64,000 nucleotides of DNA from Phoronis australis (GCA_002633005.1 NMRA01000024.1:1681177-1745176), one strand, 5' to 3'. Positions 14,134-27,296 are shown, counted from the first letter of the stretch. The notes: a model not told the origin generated them from the sequence alone. Made by a program: numbers and translations.

Positions 14134-17100
14134 AGTGGCGGTAACAGTGGAAGCAGTAGAACTAGTAATACCTGTCTACAGTGGTAGCAGCAGCAGTAGT
14201 AGTAGTAGTATTACTAGTAATACCTATTAATACCTATCCATAGTGGTAGCAGCAGAATTAGTGGTAGTAATATTACTAGTAATACCTGGTAGCAGTAGCA
14301 GTATTACTAGTAATACCTTCCCTCAGTGGTAGCAGTATTACTAGTAATACCTTCCCACAGTGGTAGCAGCTGTAGTAGCAGTATTACTAGTAATACCTGG
14401 TAGCAGTAGTAGTAGCAGTAGCAGTAGCTGCAGCAGATTGAGGTTCAAGTTATACCTATCCACAGCAGTAGCAGTAGTAGTGGCAGAAGTACTTAGTAAT
14501 ACTTTACCATGGTGGTAGCAGTAGTAGTAGCAGTAATAGCTTAAGTTCTAGTAATATCTAATCACTGTGATAGCAGTAGTTGTAGCAGCGACATCAACAA
14601 CAAACAGTTTGTAGTCTTACTAATTGTTGACTGACTTTTGTTTTGAAGGCTCAAGAGGAAGTAGAGCAGGATGGTGATCACGTTGGTGAAGTGGACAAAC
14701 ATGAAGTGTTTAAACAGATGACGGATACACTGAACAGAATGATGGAAAAATTAGAATCATCTGAAAAAGGTTTGTTTGTCACCGCAACAGTTGCTGCTAT
14801 TTCATGCCTCCTACTTGCCATGGAATGCAGTAAAAATGTATCAACCTTTGAAAGTGTTTAAAAACAGTAAACATCACCTAATGAGTAAAACAGTAAACAT
14901 CACCTAATGAGTAATCTGATTATTTTACTCTAGTGATCAAAGTTCTTAGTGCTTCCTAGTTCAGTTCACGTAATTTTTTGTCTGAAGGGCAAATAACGAG
15001 GCAAAAAGGTACAGAGCTTTCCCAAAAGAATTTTCCCCTGAATTTTAAAATGCTGTTTGTAATGTGAAGCTGTTGTAGAAAATGCTACATTTTCCATCAC
15101 CCAGGTCATTATGAGCTGTTGTGCACTGCAGTGGTCTTAGATCAATTTCTTCTTGATCGTTTTCTTACTAGACACTCTCATAACTTAAAGCATGTTTTCT
15201 TAATTGCCACGTCATGAAATTCGCACAAATTTGCTGGTTTAAGTTTGATTTATTTGAAACTCCCAACAAAGAAATATACTTTACCCAAATGAACGGCCTT
15301 GCAGAAATTAAAACCATGGATAAAGAAATGGATGATATCCAGGGAACTTCAAGTAGTACAAAAAAGCAGGAATCAACAGACGCGTCTACTGAAGATGATG
15401 TGAAACGAGTGGCAGACTCCAGCAAAACAGCGTCATCTCTCCTTGACGATAACCGTGTCAAAGTTCGCGTCATAAAGGTCAATGATCTGAAGAAGGGGGA
15501 GGATAGTGGTGAGACAGAGGGTCAGAAAAAGTTTGCCAGTGCCATCAAGGAGGAACTGGAAAAAGCAGGGCTTGATACTGATGGTAGGTGGTGCTTAATA
15601 TTGGAAATAGGCGGAGCTATGTACTAAAAGCGAGAGATTGTTTAAGTAGGCTGGGCTACTGAAAGTAGGCAGATTTTATACTGAAGGTAGGCAGGCTTTA
15701 TTGGAGGTACCTTCCTCTGCACAACTAAATGGGCAAATAATTTGTATATGTGATATTGATAGATACTTTACTTTGTTTGACACCAGGTCGTAAAGTGGAG
15801 GTGAAGATCATCACAACAGGCTTCTATGACTCTGAAGATGACAGTATACAGATCTTGTCTGAGGCTGAGACACAGACTTTCAGTAAAATGATGATGAACA
15901 TGCTGGTTAGTTTATTCCTGATGTCAATGTTAATGAAATCGAATTGTTCCATAGTTGAATTGGAGGTGATTTCAAGGCTTTGAAAGAACTGGCGGTTTGT
16001 GAATTCTTGAGACCCATGTGTTAAAATTAGCTTGTCACGGCGTGTCATTATAAGCCCTGAACATAGTCTCAAGGAATAACGAACTAACTGTCAGTTGTTT
16101 GCAGACCTAGAAATCACTTTTCATCTGAGTAAGGAATAGTTGAGCAAATTGACCTTTTGCCAGGATTTTGAGTGATGGCTTAACTGGCCAATTAGAATGC
16201 TGTGTTCTTGACACACCTTCGTTTCCAAGCCACTATTTTACCCGACAAATAACACGTTGCCGGGTAAAACTTATTGTTTGTTTGCCAAAATTTCGCGAGG
16301 GGGCAGAACTCACGATAGGTCAATTTTATTGCGGTAAGTGGTCTACATTAAAAGTTTGGTCATTGGATGAAATTTCGAAAGGGGGCGGAGCTTGCAATAG
16401 GTCAATTTTATTGCGGTAAGTGGTTTACATCAAAAGTTTAGTAATTGAACACAATGGGGGTTTATAGACGATTTAAGTTCAAAAACTTCTTTCCCTGTAC
16501 TGTGTCAGACATTACCGTTTCTCTTGTAAGAAAACAAAATGGCATTAATTGAGCGGGAAAGTTAGTAAAGTGAACAAACAGTCATTACCAGTAATTAAAA
16601 GGACTCTAAATCCAGTTTTGATGATTTCAATCAATCCTCGTTCTGTCGCCTCCTAATGCATCATTGGCGTCAATCTTCCATGTTAAAGGCAGGAATCAAC
16701 TGAAAACTCGTACTCCCTATCTTAGAAATTGGATATTGTTTTTTTTTTTTGGTAGGTGGTATTGTCCTCACAATTGCCATGTAATTCACTAAAAGNAGCT
16801 TGCAATAGGTCAATTTTATTGCGGTAAGTGGTTTACATCAAAAGTTTAGTAATTGAACACAATGGGGGTTTATAGACGATTTAAGTTCAAAAACTTCTTT
16901 CCCTGTACTGTGTCAGACATTACCGTTTCTCTTGTAAGAAAACAAAATGGCATTAATTGAGCGGGAAAGTTAGTAAAGTGAACAAACAGTCATTACCAGT
17001 AATTAAAAGGACTCTAAATCCAGTTTTGATGATTTCAATCAATCCTCGTTCTGTCGCCTCCTAATGCATCATTGGCGTCAATCTTCCATGTTAAAGGCAG

Positions 17101-17572
17101 GAAGCAACTGAAAACTCATACTCCCTATCTTAGAAATTGGATATTGTTTTTTTTGGTAGGTGGTATTGTCCCTCAATTGCTGTGTAATTCACTAAAAGCG
17201 TAGATCACGCTTGCCTGTTTAGCAGACTCTGTAGGGATTTTTCAAACTTTCCTCAAAACTTGTGAGGGTTGTCGAGGGTTACGGTGTGTTATTTTATTTC
17301 AGAGAACTGGATGGGCAAGTCGTTTTTAGTACCTGTTAATTGGCCAAAACCGGGCTTGGTATCCTTTTAACCATCATGATGGGGAAAACAATATGTTTTA
17401 TGACTGCTTTTGTCACATACAGTATTAGTACCACTAATGGCTGCAATACTTTCAGGGGGGCAACACAGCGGCGCTGAAGGAAGCAGAACGTCAGCAGGAC
17501 ATGGAGAACGGCTACACATTTAGCTGGAAGGCAGACAAGAGGAAGAGCAAAAAGGAGCTGGTCGAAACATAG
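4..17572 (+). CDS. OS9: Protein OS-9 (ER lectin, MRH/PRKCSH domain, ERAD); 12 exons, about 676 aa
   Basis: Exons, all GT-AG with consistent phases, total 2031 nt: 4-147, 6208-6384, 6575-6638, 7543-7724, 8800-9004, 10299-10364, 12665-13114, 13801-13907, 14649-14769, 15305-15583, 15787-15905, 17456-17572. Translation: signal-peptide-like MASDFQWVIQFLCFVWSVNSVSS, then FLDIDELKDINYGISIL, SSKYGQQYQCQFP, ELLKPMESEPCLIQTKGWWSYEFCFGKHIRQFH, RYHSQTYVNGSLCELTGRERQAEVRF, DYIARIDEPATCSYVLTIHT and C-terminal ENGYTFSW. These match OS-9 motifs as recalled from the human protein. Confidence 0.95.
324..857 (+). mobile_element. Miniature non-autonomous LTR retrotransposon (TRIM) with tRNA-derived sequence inside both LTRs
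   Basis: Two 149-bp direct repeats (324-472, 709-857; about 9 mismatches), each TG...CA. PBS TGGCGTAGTCGGCA at 475-488 is complementary to the tRNA-Ser 3' end. PPT AGGAAAGGGGGGAAG at 693-707. Each LTR has an A box (TAGCTGAATGG, 390-400 in LTR1) and a B box (GGTTCGATTCC, 433-443). Possible 4-bp TSD GATG (317-320, 858-861) if the element starts at 321. Confidence 0.88.
860..1627. repeat. Diverged inverted-repeat pair (probable old foldback/MITE)
   Basis: About 860-1005 (acaatatgatgacattgacctacacatgatttaggtatcgtttgattccttgca...) is the approximate reverse complement of about 1480-1627 (...tgcaaggaatcgaacgataccaaaatcttgtgtgtaagtcaatgtcgtcatattgt). Confidence 0.65.
2995..3204 (-). pseudogene. Decayed THAP-domain fragment, transposon-derived
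   Basis: Minus strand gives RKHWVVAIRRDE, a THAP-like W..AIRR motif. An adjacent frame upstream gives CFSPRCSANG*KKYG (Cys pair). Frameshift and stop present. Confidence 0.55.
3657..4123. mobile_element. hAT-type MITE
   Basis: Imperfect TIRs CAGGTCGTTATCCAG / CTGGGTAAAGGCCTG; exact 8-bp TSD TTGAGGAA at 3649-3656 and 4124-4131. Confidence 0.85.
4372..4625. mobile_element. Small MITE-like inverted-repeat element
   Basis: GGAGTATAGCATCCGCCATTACAT (about 4387-4410) pairs with ATGTAATGGCGTATGCTATACTCC (about 4585-4608); outer ends approximate. Confidence 0.6.
4990..5940 (+). repeat. Two diverged direct copies (about 4990-5190 and 5745-5940) of a SINE-like sequence
   Basis: Shared acacgtgacttc..gtgag..acat..a.ttgaataaa...cttgccaatgggc...ctgg.ggcttgggtt..atacc; B-box-like GGGTTCAATACC in copy 1. 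Confidence 0.5.
9513..9880 (+). mobile_element. Kolobok-like MITE, family A copy 1
   Basis: TTAA|AAGGATACCAAACC ... GAGTTTAGTATCCTT; about 365 bp; homologous to 17007-17366, 32509-32875 and 39572-39953. Confidence 0.75.
10607..11065 (+). repeat. Diverged tandem duplication, period about 270 bp
   Basis: actacttgcacacttt..ggc..tgcaaaaatgattgt...gtttaggaca...gcctc recurs at about 10607 and 10876. Confidence 0.75.
13305..13425. repeat. Imperfect (CA)n/(CG) microsatellite
   Basis: cacacgcgcgtgtgcacacgcacaaacacgcccacacacacg... Confidence 0.85.
14092..14590. repeat. (ATT)n plus degenerate AGT/AGC minisatellite
   Basis: attattatt run followed by repeated gtggtagcagcagtagt and the palindrome tattactagtaata. 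Confidence 0.8.
16389..17198 (+). repeat. About 405-bp near-identical duplication across N at 16796 (probable assembly overlap)
   Basis: 16389-16795 is repeated at 16797-17198 with few differences. Confidence 0.85.
17007..17366 (+). mobile_element. Kolobok-like MITE, family A copy 2
   Basis: TTAA|AAGGACTCTAAATCC ... GGGCTTGGTATCCTT|TTAA; TTAA on both sides. Confidence 0.78.
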
Positions 17573-20500
17573 AACCCGCGTCGTGAGAGCGACCCCGTTA
17601 TCATGTGCAATTTACTTTGGACATCAGAGTCTCATGGGAGCGATGAAGAAATTTGCAGCGCATGTCAAAACACTGCTTTTAGCATTTGCTTTTTGATTTC
17701 AGCTTTATCTTTGACATACTCAGTTGTTGTTTTTTTTTTGCTCTGGCAATCCATTTCAAGTATTTTATTTTCAAATCATCTAGCATGTCAAATTATATTA
17801 AATAAAGTTGAAAATAATAGTTAGTGATAGGTGTCGAAATGTTTCTGGTTGTGGGCTTCCCTATTTTTGACCTAATTATTCCAGTTACAGAGCAACTGTT
17901 CTTATGAGACTCCCATGTCACACTGTTAATCTCTTGTGCTGTCAATTAGATGTATTCTACTTAGAAGTTAACTTTTACATGCAACAAACAGTTGCCAGTT
18001 GAAACAAACTCACATTATTGGTCAACTGAGTGCGACTAAAAGTGTGTAAAATTATTTTGAATACTTTTACATTGGACATAACAAAAATGATTCAAACTTG
18101 TAGAAACCGAAAGAATATTGATGTATAATACTACTTTCCATGTTGTAGGAGCATACAATGGCCACTGTAGCACGATAGTTTTACAAGTTCACACATTTTA
18201 ATTAGGTATTAATTAAAATATCTCATTCTTGTCCATTGAGCATTTTGAGTTATCAACCAGTCACCGTCAATCATGTATTTTGTTCAGCATTATTTTTTTT
18301 CAATATATTTAATATAAGGCAGGTGAATTGAGTTTGAAGACCCACTTAGTGACAATTGGGTAAAATCCAGATCGTCAAATAAAGTTGGCTGTAGTAAATG
18401 TTATTGTGATTGAAGGAATCAATGATCTTCTTTCGGTAAGTGGTTAATTGGTGTAATTAGAAACGCCAATTCCCCATTTTTAAAAACAAAACAAATTTTC
18501 TACCCCAAAACTTGAACCGAAACAATGGTTTTCAAAGATAGGGTTTTAATTTTAATTGTAACGAGTGACTCTGTTGAATAGACCTGAGTGTGCTTTTTCT
18601 GCCAATCATATTTTCAGTTAACTGTTGTTATATAAACTACTTTTGTTCACAAAATGTCTATGTTCGGTCCTGAAAAAGAATCTGTTATTTGTCTTCTTTT
18701 TCAGACTATATCATAATGAATTCCCACCAAGCAGTATCCCGATTGCAGTTGGTTTGCTTGCTCAGCACTTGGTGTCTATGTTGTAGTTTTAGCTAGGCAT
18801 GTTGGGTGATCAAAACATGGTTATGTCAGACCTCGTGAGTTTTCTTTTGTTTATTTAATGAAGTTACCACAGGAAATAAAAGCACTTGTTGTTTAATTTA
18901 AAACTTTATTCTATTTTCACCGCAGTGGAATGTGTTGGATAAATCAACATCTGGACATGTCGTTTTTCACAATAAAAACACTTAAATTACAGCTGTATAC
19001 ATGTGTACTCTAATCAACAGACAACTTACTCACAATGAGGGAAATTATGTTCTACCACAGGCTGTAGCATTTCCACATTCAGGTAATGCGTTCAAGTGAC
19101 ATTTGTGATACTCTGAGCATAAATGCATCAAATTGACTACTCACTGCTTAAGCTTTACATCTTGTAACAAAATCTATACAACAGGGACAAATACGTACTA
19201 AGCCATAAATATTTACAGAAAACAACAAACTACAAGCCACACATTAATTTACAAGTTGTTATTATATTTATCATTCACTGTTTTAATACTTGGAATACTC
19301 AGCAAAGTACGGGATATGCATTAATTTGAATAGGCATTACTTTGACGTTAAATATTTACTTTGAGCAATCAGTTTTGTGGTCGTATCCTATCCTTCCTTG
19401 CAAAACCACAAGAGAGCAGGTTTATACACAAGTGGGGTTGCATCAGTGTGTACCAACGGGTTTCTATAAACAATCTTACATAAACACGTGACTTTGAACA
19501 TAAATCATGCTATACCCAACATGTTCTTGTGGTAAATGCACAATGTCAGAACCACCAAGAAATTAGCTTGCACTTGCAATGACAAATTCTAGGAAACCAT
19601 GAATTCAATTCCACATTCCAACCTCATCAACCAATCACTTCAATGGCGGCCATTTTACTAGGATAATCTAGTAAGCAACACAGGATACCTATAAAACATT
19701 CACCTTTCCCTTGCAAGACAACCAAAAGAAAAAGACTTGATAATAAAAATCTGTCTCAACACCAGAAACTTGTGACCAGGAAGAGAAATGTGCTCTGTAG
19801 GGCAAGTTTCTTAGTGTTTTATAAGTAAAGTTCTATCCTTACAATAGTACACACTGGAAAAATAGCCATCATTGAAACGATTCGCTGGCAAAGCTGGACT
19901 CACTGTTGAATTGCAGCAGAAAACTGAAAATAAACTCGCATAACTTCCATTCTACACGTCAAGCTGTCATGCCACAAGTGTCTCTCGAGTGTCTTGCATT
20001 TACAGAAGGTGCCTCTAGTTAGCACCACGTCATGCACATGTCTCGTCTCTAATTCTACATCTAATTAAGGTCAAGGTCATGTAGAACATTATGGACAAGT
20101 GTATGTACTGAGCCAAACATTTACAAAACTATAGATTTTATCTCAATATAATCAATCATATATTTTCTAAAAATAGAAAGCCCCTAAGTTTTTCTTTTTT
20201 ATATTTAGGGCTGTTCCAGTAAAATCTGTGTGGGAGGGGGGGGAAGGCAACTGAAATAAAAATTTATGGGTGGTTGCGTTTGATTTAAATTCAAAATGGC
20301 TGGTGGTCGTACTTCAAAAAAATAAAAATTTACAGGTCGTTGTTGTTTTATTGGACCATAAATGTTTGATGGTGGGTAATTTTAGTAAATTTTATAAACA
20401 ATCCGCACAGAATCAAAAACTGAAACAAAAATGCAACTTGCAAAAAGCTCCGACTTTTTCACTCCCTCCGATCTCCTCATCGGCATGCTCATAATACCAT

Positions 20501-23500
20501 TTAACCACAGGTGCTCGAATTTCTCGATGGCTAATAACCATATATAAGAAACATTGTTTTCTTAGTAATGAATGACGTAAGTGGTGATGGAGGAACAGAT
20601 AAACTCGAGCGCCTGTGCAGTCAACCACAAGAACAAAAAAAAATTACGGGTGGTTGCATTTCAAACTTATAAAAAATTACGGGTGGTAGGCTGAAGAAAT
20701 AAATGAAAAATATGGGTGGTGGGTGCGAAAAAAGGTGCCTTCCCCTCCTCCCATACAGATTTTACTGGAACAGCCCTTAACCAATCTACCATTAATTGTT
20801 TCACATGACCATGTTTTTTCAGTAAAATTTAGCAAAAAACTAAATGCACGTTGATAGCAAAATAACAGTATCTGTAACATGGATTGATCAAAATAAAGTT
20901 GATATCGATGACCTAGCTGATCTAAAACGCACAGTTTTCTAAAACACCATTTTGTTGTTAATATGTTTTGTCTTGAAAATCACAAAAGTCTACTTTTTTA
21001 TATGCCTTCGTCTAAAATTAGAACATTTCAAAAACAATTCCTAAAAGTGTTTTGGAGAATGACGCTTAGAGGGCAGCACCTGAAAGTTTCAGTCCTTTCT
21101 GAGATATGATGTTCCCAAGTTGGCCAAATTTAAACATTTTTGTAGGGTTCTGCGTAAACTTAACATAATACAAAAACTTTGACAGGAAAGATAGATACTG
21201 AGATACATACATGAAGCATTAGATATTTGAAACTTTAACGGGCAAAATTACAAGTCAAATCTGTGCATATTTTATAAAGAGTATAACAATTTCGATTAAC
21301 TGTTCAGTGATGGATAAGTAACTTGTGTAGCTTCACGCAGTTGACGGTAGCGACCCCAGGTGGTCTACATGTTTAGAACTGTAATAATGAACTAACCTGA
21401 TGATATGCTGAGGGTGTATCTCCATTGCATAGATAGCAGGATTCAGTTTGACAGTATACCCCATGCTTGATGTATACAGACAGTCTTAATACAAATGACT
21501 TGACTTAATGTAACACGAGACCATGCTGAATGAACAGAATCAAGATTGTGACCCAGATCACCATTGGTGTCCTGCAGTCAATTTGCCAGAAATAGCTTCA
21601 GCAATGTGCACGTTGTGGTATTAGGTAATGAAAGTTGGAATAACAATCGGGAGCTCTGTACATAAAAAGGGTCAATGCCTGGTGCAGTCATAAGACAAGA
21701 GCTTGCTTCCATGATATAAGGCGCTATAAACTAGTCGGTTGCCATTTCTTACTAGAGGTGTCACCACTTGCATTGGACTCAGTTTCTTTCTTATTCTCTG
21801 TTTCTTCACCACTCTCTTCAGCAGAAGTTTCATCAGACCTGAATGGTACAGAAAGTTTACAAATTCAATGTCTAAAGCATCACCTCCAATAGGTTTCATA
21901 CATAAATTCTTGTCAAAGGCATTGCTGTGCAAACCACAGTGAAAGGGTGTCAAGAGCAGCTGATGTAAGCTGAAAACAACCAATAGGTGGCGCTAGTAAA
22001 CAAATGGTCATCTTTTTGGTTACCACAGTGAAGTGTGAAGAACAGTTGATGTAAGATGAACACTGATTAGGCAACGGAAGACTCAAACATTCAATAGGTA
22101 GCGCTAATGAACAAATGGTCGTCTTTTTCAGTTACATAGTAAATAGAGTGAATATAGAAAAGTGTTCAGGGCTGTTCCAGTAANATTTTATTTCAGAGAA
22201 CTGGATGGGCAAGTTGTTTTTAGTACCTGTTAAGTGGCCAAAACGGGGCTTGGTATCCTTTTAACCATCATGATGGGGAAAACAGTATGTTTTATGACTG
22301 CTTTTGTCACATACTGTATTAGTACCACTAATGGCTGCAATACTTTCAGGGGGGCAACACAGCGGCGCTGAAGGAAGCAGAACATCAGCAGGACATGGAG
22401 AACGGCTACACATTTAGCTGGAAGGCAGACAAGAGGAAGAGCAAAAAGGAGCCGGTCGAAACATAGAACCCGCGTCGTGAGCGTGACCCCGTTATCATGT
22501 GCAATTTACTGTGAACATCAGAGTCTCATGGGAGCGATGAAGAAATTTGCAGCGCATGTCAAAACACTGCTTTTAGCATTTGCTTCTTGATTTCAGCTTT
22601 ATCTTTGGCATACTCAGTTGTTGTTTTTTTTTGATCTGGCAATCCATTACAAGTATTTTATTTTCAAATCATCTAGCATGTCAAATTATATTATAAAGTT
22701 GAAAATAATAGTTAGTGATAGGCATCGAAGTGTTTCTGGTTGTGGGCTTCCCTATTTTTGACTTAATTATTCAAGTTACAGAGCAAATGTCCTTATGAGA
22801 CTCCCATGTCACACTGTTAATCTCTTGTGCTATCAATTAGATGTATTCTACTTAGAAGTAAACATTTACATGCAACAAACAGTTGCCAGTTGAAACAAAC
22901 TCACATTATGGGTCGACTGAGTGCGACTAAAAGTGCGTAAAATTATTTTGAATACTCTTACATTGGGCATAACAAAAATGATTCAAAATGAAAACATGGG
23001 AACTTGTAGAAACCGAAAAAATATTGATGTGTAATACTACTTTCCATGTTGTAGGAGCATACAATGGCCACTGTAGCACGATAGTTTTACAAGTTCACGC
23101 ATTTTAATTAGGTATTCAGTAAAATATCTCATTCTTGTCCATTGAGCATTTTGAGTTATCAACCAATCACCGTCAATCATGTATTTTGTTCAGCATCATT
23201 TATTTATTCAATATATTTAATATAAAGCAGGTGAATTGAGTTTGAAGACTCACTTAGTGACAATTGGGTAAAATCAAAATCGTCAAATAAAGTTGGCTGT
23301 AGTAATTGTTATTATGATTGAAGCAATCAGTGATCTTATTTCAGTAAGTGGTTAAATGGTGTAATTAGAAACACCAATTCCACATTTTTAGAAACAAAAC
23401 AAATTTTCTACCCTAAACTTGAACCGCAACAATGGTTTTCAAAGATAGGGCTTTAATTTTAGTTGTAACGAGTGACTCTGTTGAAGAGACCTGAGTGTGC

Positions 23501-26040
23501 TTTTTCTGCCAATCATATTTTCAGTTAACTGTTGTTAATATAAACTACTTTTGTTCACAAAATGTCTATGGTCGGTCCTGAAAAAGAATCTGTTATTTGT
23601 CTTCTTTTTCTGACTATATCATAATGAATTCCCACCAAGCAGTATCCTGATTGCAGTTGGTTTGCTTGCTCGACACTTGGTGTCTCTGTTGTAGTTTTAG
23701 CTAGGCATGTTGGGTGATCAAAACATGGTTATGTCAGACCTCGTGAGTTTTCTTTTGTTTATTTAATGAAGTTACCACTGGAAATAAAAGCACTTGTTGT
23801 TTAATTTAAAACTTTATTCTATTTTCACCGCAGTGGAATGTGTTGGATAAATCAACATCTGGACATGTCGTTTTTCACAATAAAAACACTTAAATTACAG
23901 CTGTATACATGTGTACTCTAATCAACAGACAACTTACTCACAATGAGGGAAATTATGTTCTACCACAGGCTGTAGCATTTCCACATTCAGGTAATGCGTT
24001 CAAGTGACATTTGTGATACTCTGAGCATAAATGCATCAAATTGGCTACACACTGCTTTACATCTTGTAACAAAATCTATACAACAACGACAAATACGTAC
24101 TAAGACATAAATATTTACAGAAAACAACAAACTGCAAGCCACACATTAATTTACAAGTTGTTACACTGCCCTAATACTTGGAATTCTCAGCAAAGTACGG
24201 GATATGCATTAATTTGACGTTAAATATTTACTTTGAGCAATCAGTTTTGTGGTTGTATCCTATCCTTCCTTGCAAAACCACAAGAGAGCAGGTTTATACA
24301 CAAGTGGGGTTGCACCAGTGTGTGCCTACGGGTTTCTAAAAACAATCGTACACAAACACGTGACTTAGAACATAAATCATGCATTACCCAACATGTTCTT
24401 GTGGTAAACGCACATTGTCAGAACCTCCAAGAAATTAGCTTGCACTTGCAATGACAAATTCTTGGAAACCGTAAATTCAATCCCACAATTCCACATCCCA
24501 ACCAATCACTTCAATGGTGGACATTTTACTAGGATAATCTAGTAAGCAACAGAGGATACCTATAAAACATTCACCTTTCCCTTGCAAGACAACCACAAGG
24601 AGAAGACTTGATTATAAAAATCTGTCTCAACACAAGAAACTTGTGACCAGGAAGAGAGATGTGCTCCGTAGGGCAAGTTTCTTAGTGTTTGTAAAGTTCT
24701 ATCCATACAATTGTACACACTGGAAAAATAGCCATCATTGAAACGATTGGCTGCCGAAGCTGGACTCACTGTTGAATTGCAGCAGAAAACTGAAAATAAA
24801 CTCGCATAACTTCCATTCTACACGTCAAGCTGTCATGCCACAAGTGTCTCTCTAGTGTCTTGCATTTACAGAAGGTGCCTCTAGTTAGCACCACGTCATG
24901 CACATGTCTCGTCTCTAATTCTACATCTAATTAAGGTCAAGGTCATGTAGAACATTATGGACAAGTGTATGTACTGAGCCAAACATTTACAAAAGACTAT
25001 AGATTTTATCTCAATATAATCAATCATATATTTTCTAAAAATAGAAAGCCCCTATAATTTTCTTTTTGAATTTTTTACCAATCTATCGTTAATTGTTTCA
25101 CATGACCATGTTTTTGCAGTAAAACTTAGCAAGAAACTAAATGCACGTTGATAGCAAAATAACAATATCTGTAACATGGATTGATCAAAATAAAGTTGCA
25201 CAGTTTTCTAAAACACCATTTTGTTGTTATTATGTTTTGTCTTGAAAATCACAAAAGTCCTCTTTTTATATGTCTTCGTCTAAAATTAGAACATTGCGAA
25301 AACAATTCCTAAAAGCGTTTTGCAGAATGACACATAGAGGGCAGCACCTGACAGTTTCAGTCCTTTCTGAGATATGATGTTACGAAGTTAGCCAAATTTA
25401 CCCATTTTTGTAGGGTCCACCATTGGTGTCCTGCAGTCAATTTGCCAGAAATAGCTTCAGCAATGTGCACGTTGTTGTATTAGGTAATGAAAGCTGGAAT
25501 AACAATCGGGAGCTCTGTACATAAAAAGGGTCAATGCCTGGTGCAGTCATAAGCTAAGAGCTTGCTTCCATGATATAAGTGGTGCTTTACAGGCGCTATA
25601 AACTAGTTGGTTGCCATTTCTTACTAGAGGTGTCACCACTTGCATTGGACTCAGTTTCTTTCTTATTCTCTGTTTCTTCGCCACTCTCTTCAGCAGAAGT
25701 TTCATCTGACCTGAATGATACAGAAAGTTTACAAATTCAATGTCTAAAGCATCACCTCCAATAGGTTTCAAACATAAATTCTTGTAAAAGGCATTGCTGT
25801 GCAAACCACAGTGAAAGGGTGTCAAGAGCAGCTGATGTAAGATGAAAACATCCAATAGGTGGCGCTAGTAAACAAATGGTCATCTGTTTGGTTACCACAG
25901 TGAAGTGTGAAGAACAGTTGATGTAAGATGAACACTGATTAGGCAACGGAAGACTCAAACATTCAATAGGTAGCGCTATTGAACAAATGGTCGTCTTTTT
26001 CAGTTACATAGTAAATAGAGTGAATATAGAAAAGTGTTCA
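17291..26040 (+). repeat. Large tandem duplication (A 17291-22168, B 22185-26040) across N at 22184; probable two haplotypes
   Basis: Colinear high identity with SNPs and indels. Duplicates the OS-9 last exon (B 22350-22466) and the ERICH2-like last exon (A 21724-21838). Confidence 0.9.
20208..20776. mobile_element. PIF/Harbinger-like MITE (569 bp), polymorphic insertion
   Basis: TIR GGGCTGTTCCAGTAAAA(A)TCTGT.TGGGAGG.GGGGAAGGCA; TTA on both flanks; absent from copy B at about 25075. A second copy starts at 22169 and is cut by the N. Confidence 0.85.
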
Positions 26041-26436
26041 CCTGAATCGGGGCATTTATAGGATGAATATTTATATGGGTGAGACCATGTTTTTACAAGC
26101 TTTCTTTTGTGAATTTTGACCTGCTGACTAAATGAACACAAATTTTCATCAAGGAAATTAGGTGATTCTGCCACACCATAAGCATACCAACGCACAACAC
26201 TGCAATATTTGCTATGCCTAATAAGCATACCAACGCACAACACTGCAATATTTGCTATGCCTAATCCGTAACTATTTTCATGCACTTGTTTAGTGTATTT
26301 TCAAAATAAACAGTAAATCTTGGTTATGCGAAAAGTACAGCACTTCGTTTACTAATTTGAGCGGAATTGACGAGCAACTTATACGACTAAACTAAGTGAT
26401 AGAATAAGAATAAAGCTTTACCCATCTTCATCATCG

Positions 26437-26468
<32 letters not shown>

Positions 26469-27264
26469 ATCTTCACTCTCTTCATCAGATTCGCCACTTT
26501 CACTTTCTTCTGAAACATGAAGAAGGAAATCTGTTGACTCCCAAGAAATTCATTGACTTTCACGAAGTCGACAATACAAACAGCAACCCTCAGAAAATTC
26601 TACATGACAAAACTTCGGAACATCATACCTCAGAAATGATTCGTATGAAACTGAGATTCTATGCTTTGTGCACCGTTCTCTAATACATTGTTAGGAATTA
26701 ATTTTTAAATGCTCCACCCTTGCGTCAGGAGCTGTCAAAAATATATTAGATTTTTATCATTTTCATGAAAAAAATTAAATGTTGCATGAAATGAAAGCGG
26801 AATGATAACTTAGAAAACTGTATAATACGTTTTTTTAGATTTCATGCTGAACATTCATATCAAATGAATTTTATCTTATTGATACCATTGTTTTGCTATC
26901 AAAATACTTCTCTTTTTGCTAAATTTTACCAAAAGTCACATGACCAAATTAATGACATACATGTAGTCACATGACCAAATCAATCTGACAGATTGATAAA
27001 ANCCAACGCACAACACTGCAATATTTTCTATGCCTAATAAGCATACCAACGCACAACACTGCAATATTTGCTATGCCTAATCCGTAACTATTTTCACGCA
27101 TTTGTTTAGTCAAACACGAAATGTATTTTCAAAATAAACAGTAAATCTTGGTTATGCGAAAAGTACAGCACTTCGTTTACTAATTTGAGCGGAGTTGACG
27201 AGCAACTTATACGACTAAACTAAGTGATAGAATAAGAATAAAGCTTTACCCATCTTCATCATCG

Positions 27265-27296
<32 letters not shown>

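Noticed and set aside
21672-21983. 103-aa minus ORF and its twin at 25547-25855
   Set aside because: Wrong-frame reading of the ERICH2-like last exon; the phase-consistent frame is SDETSAEESGEE.
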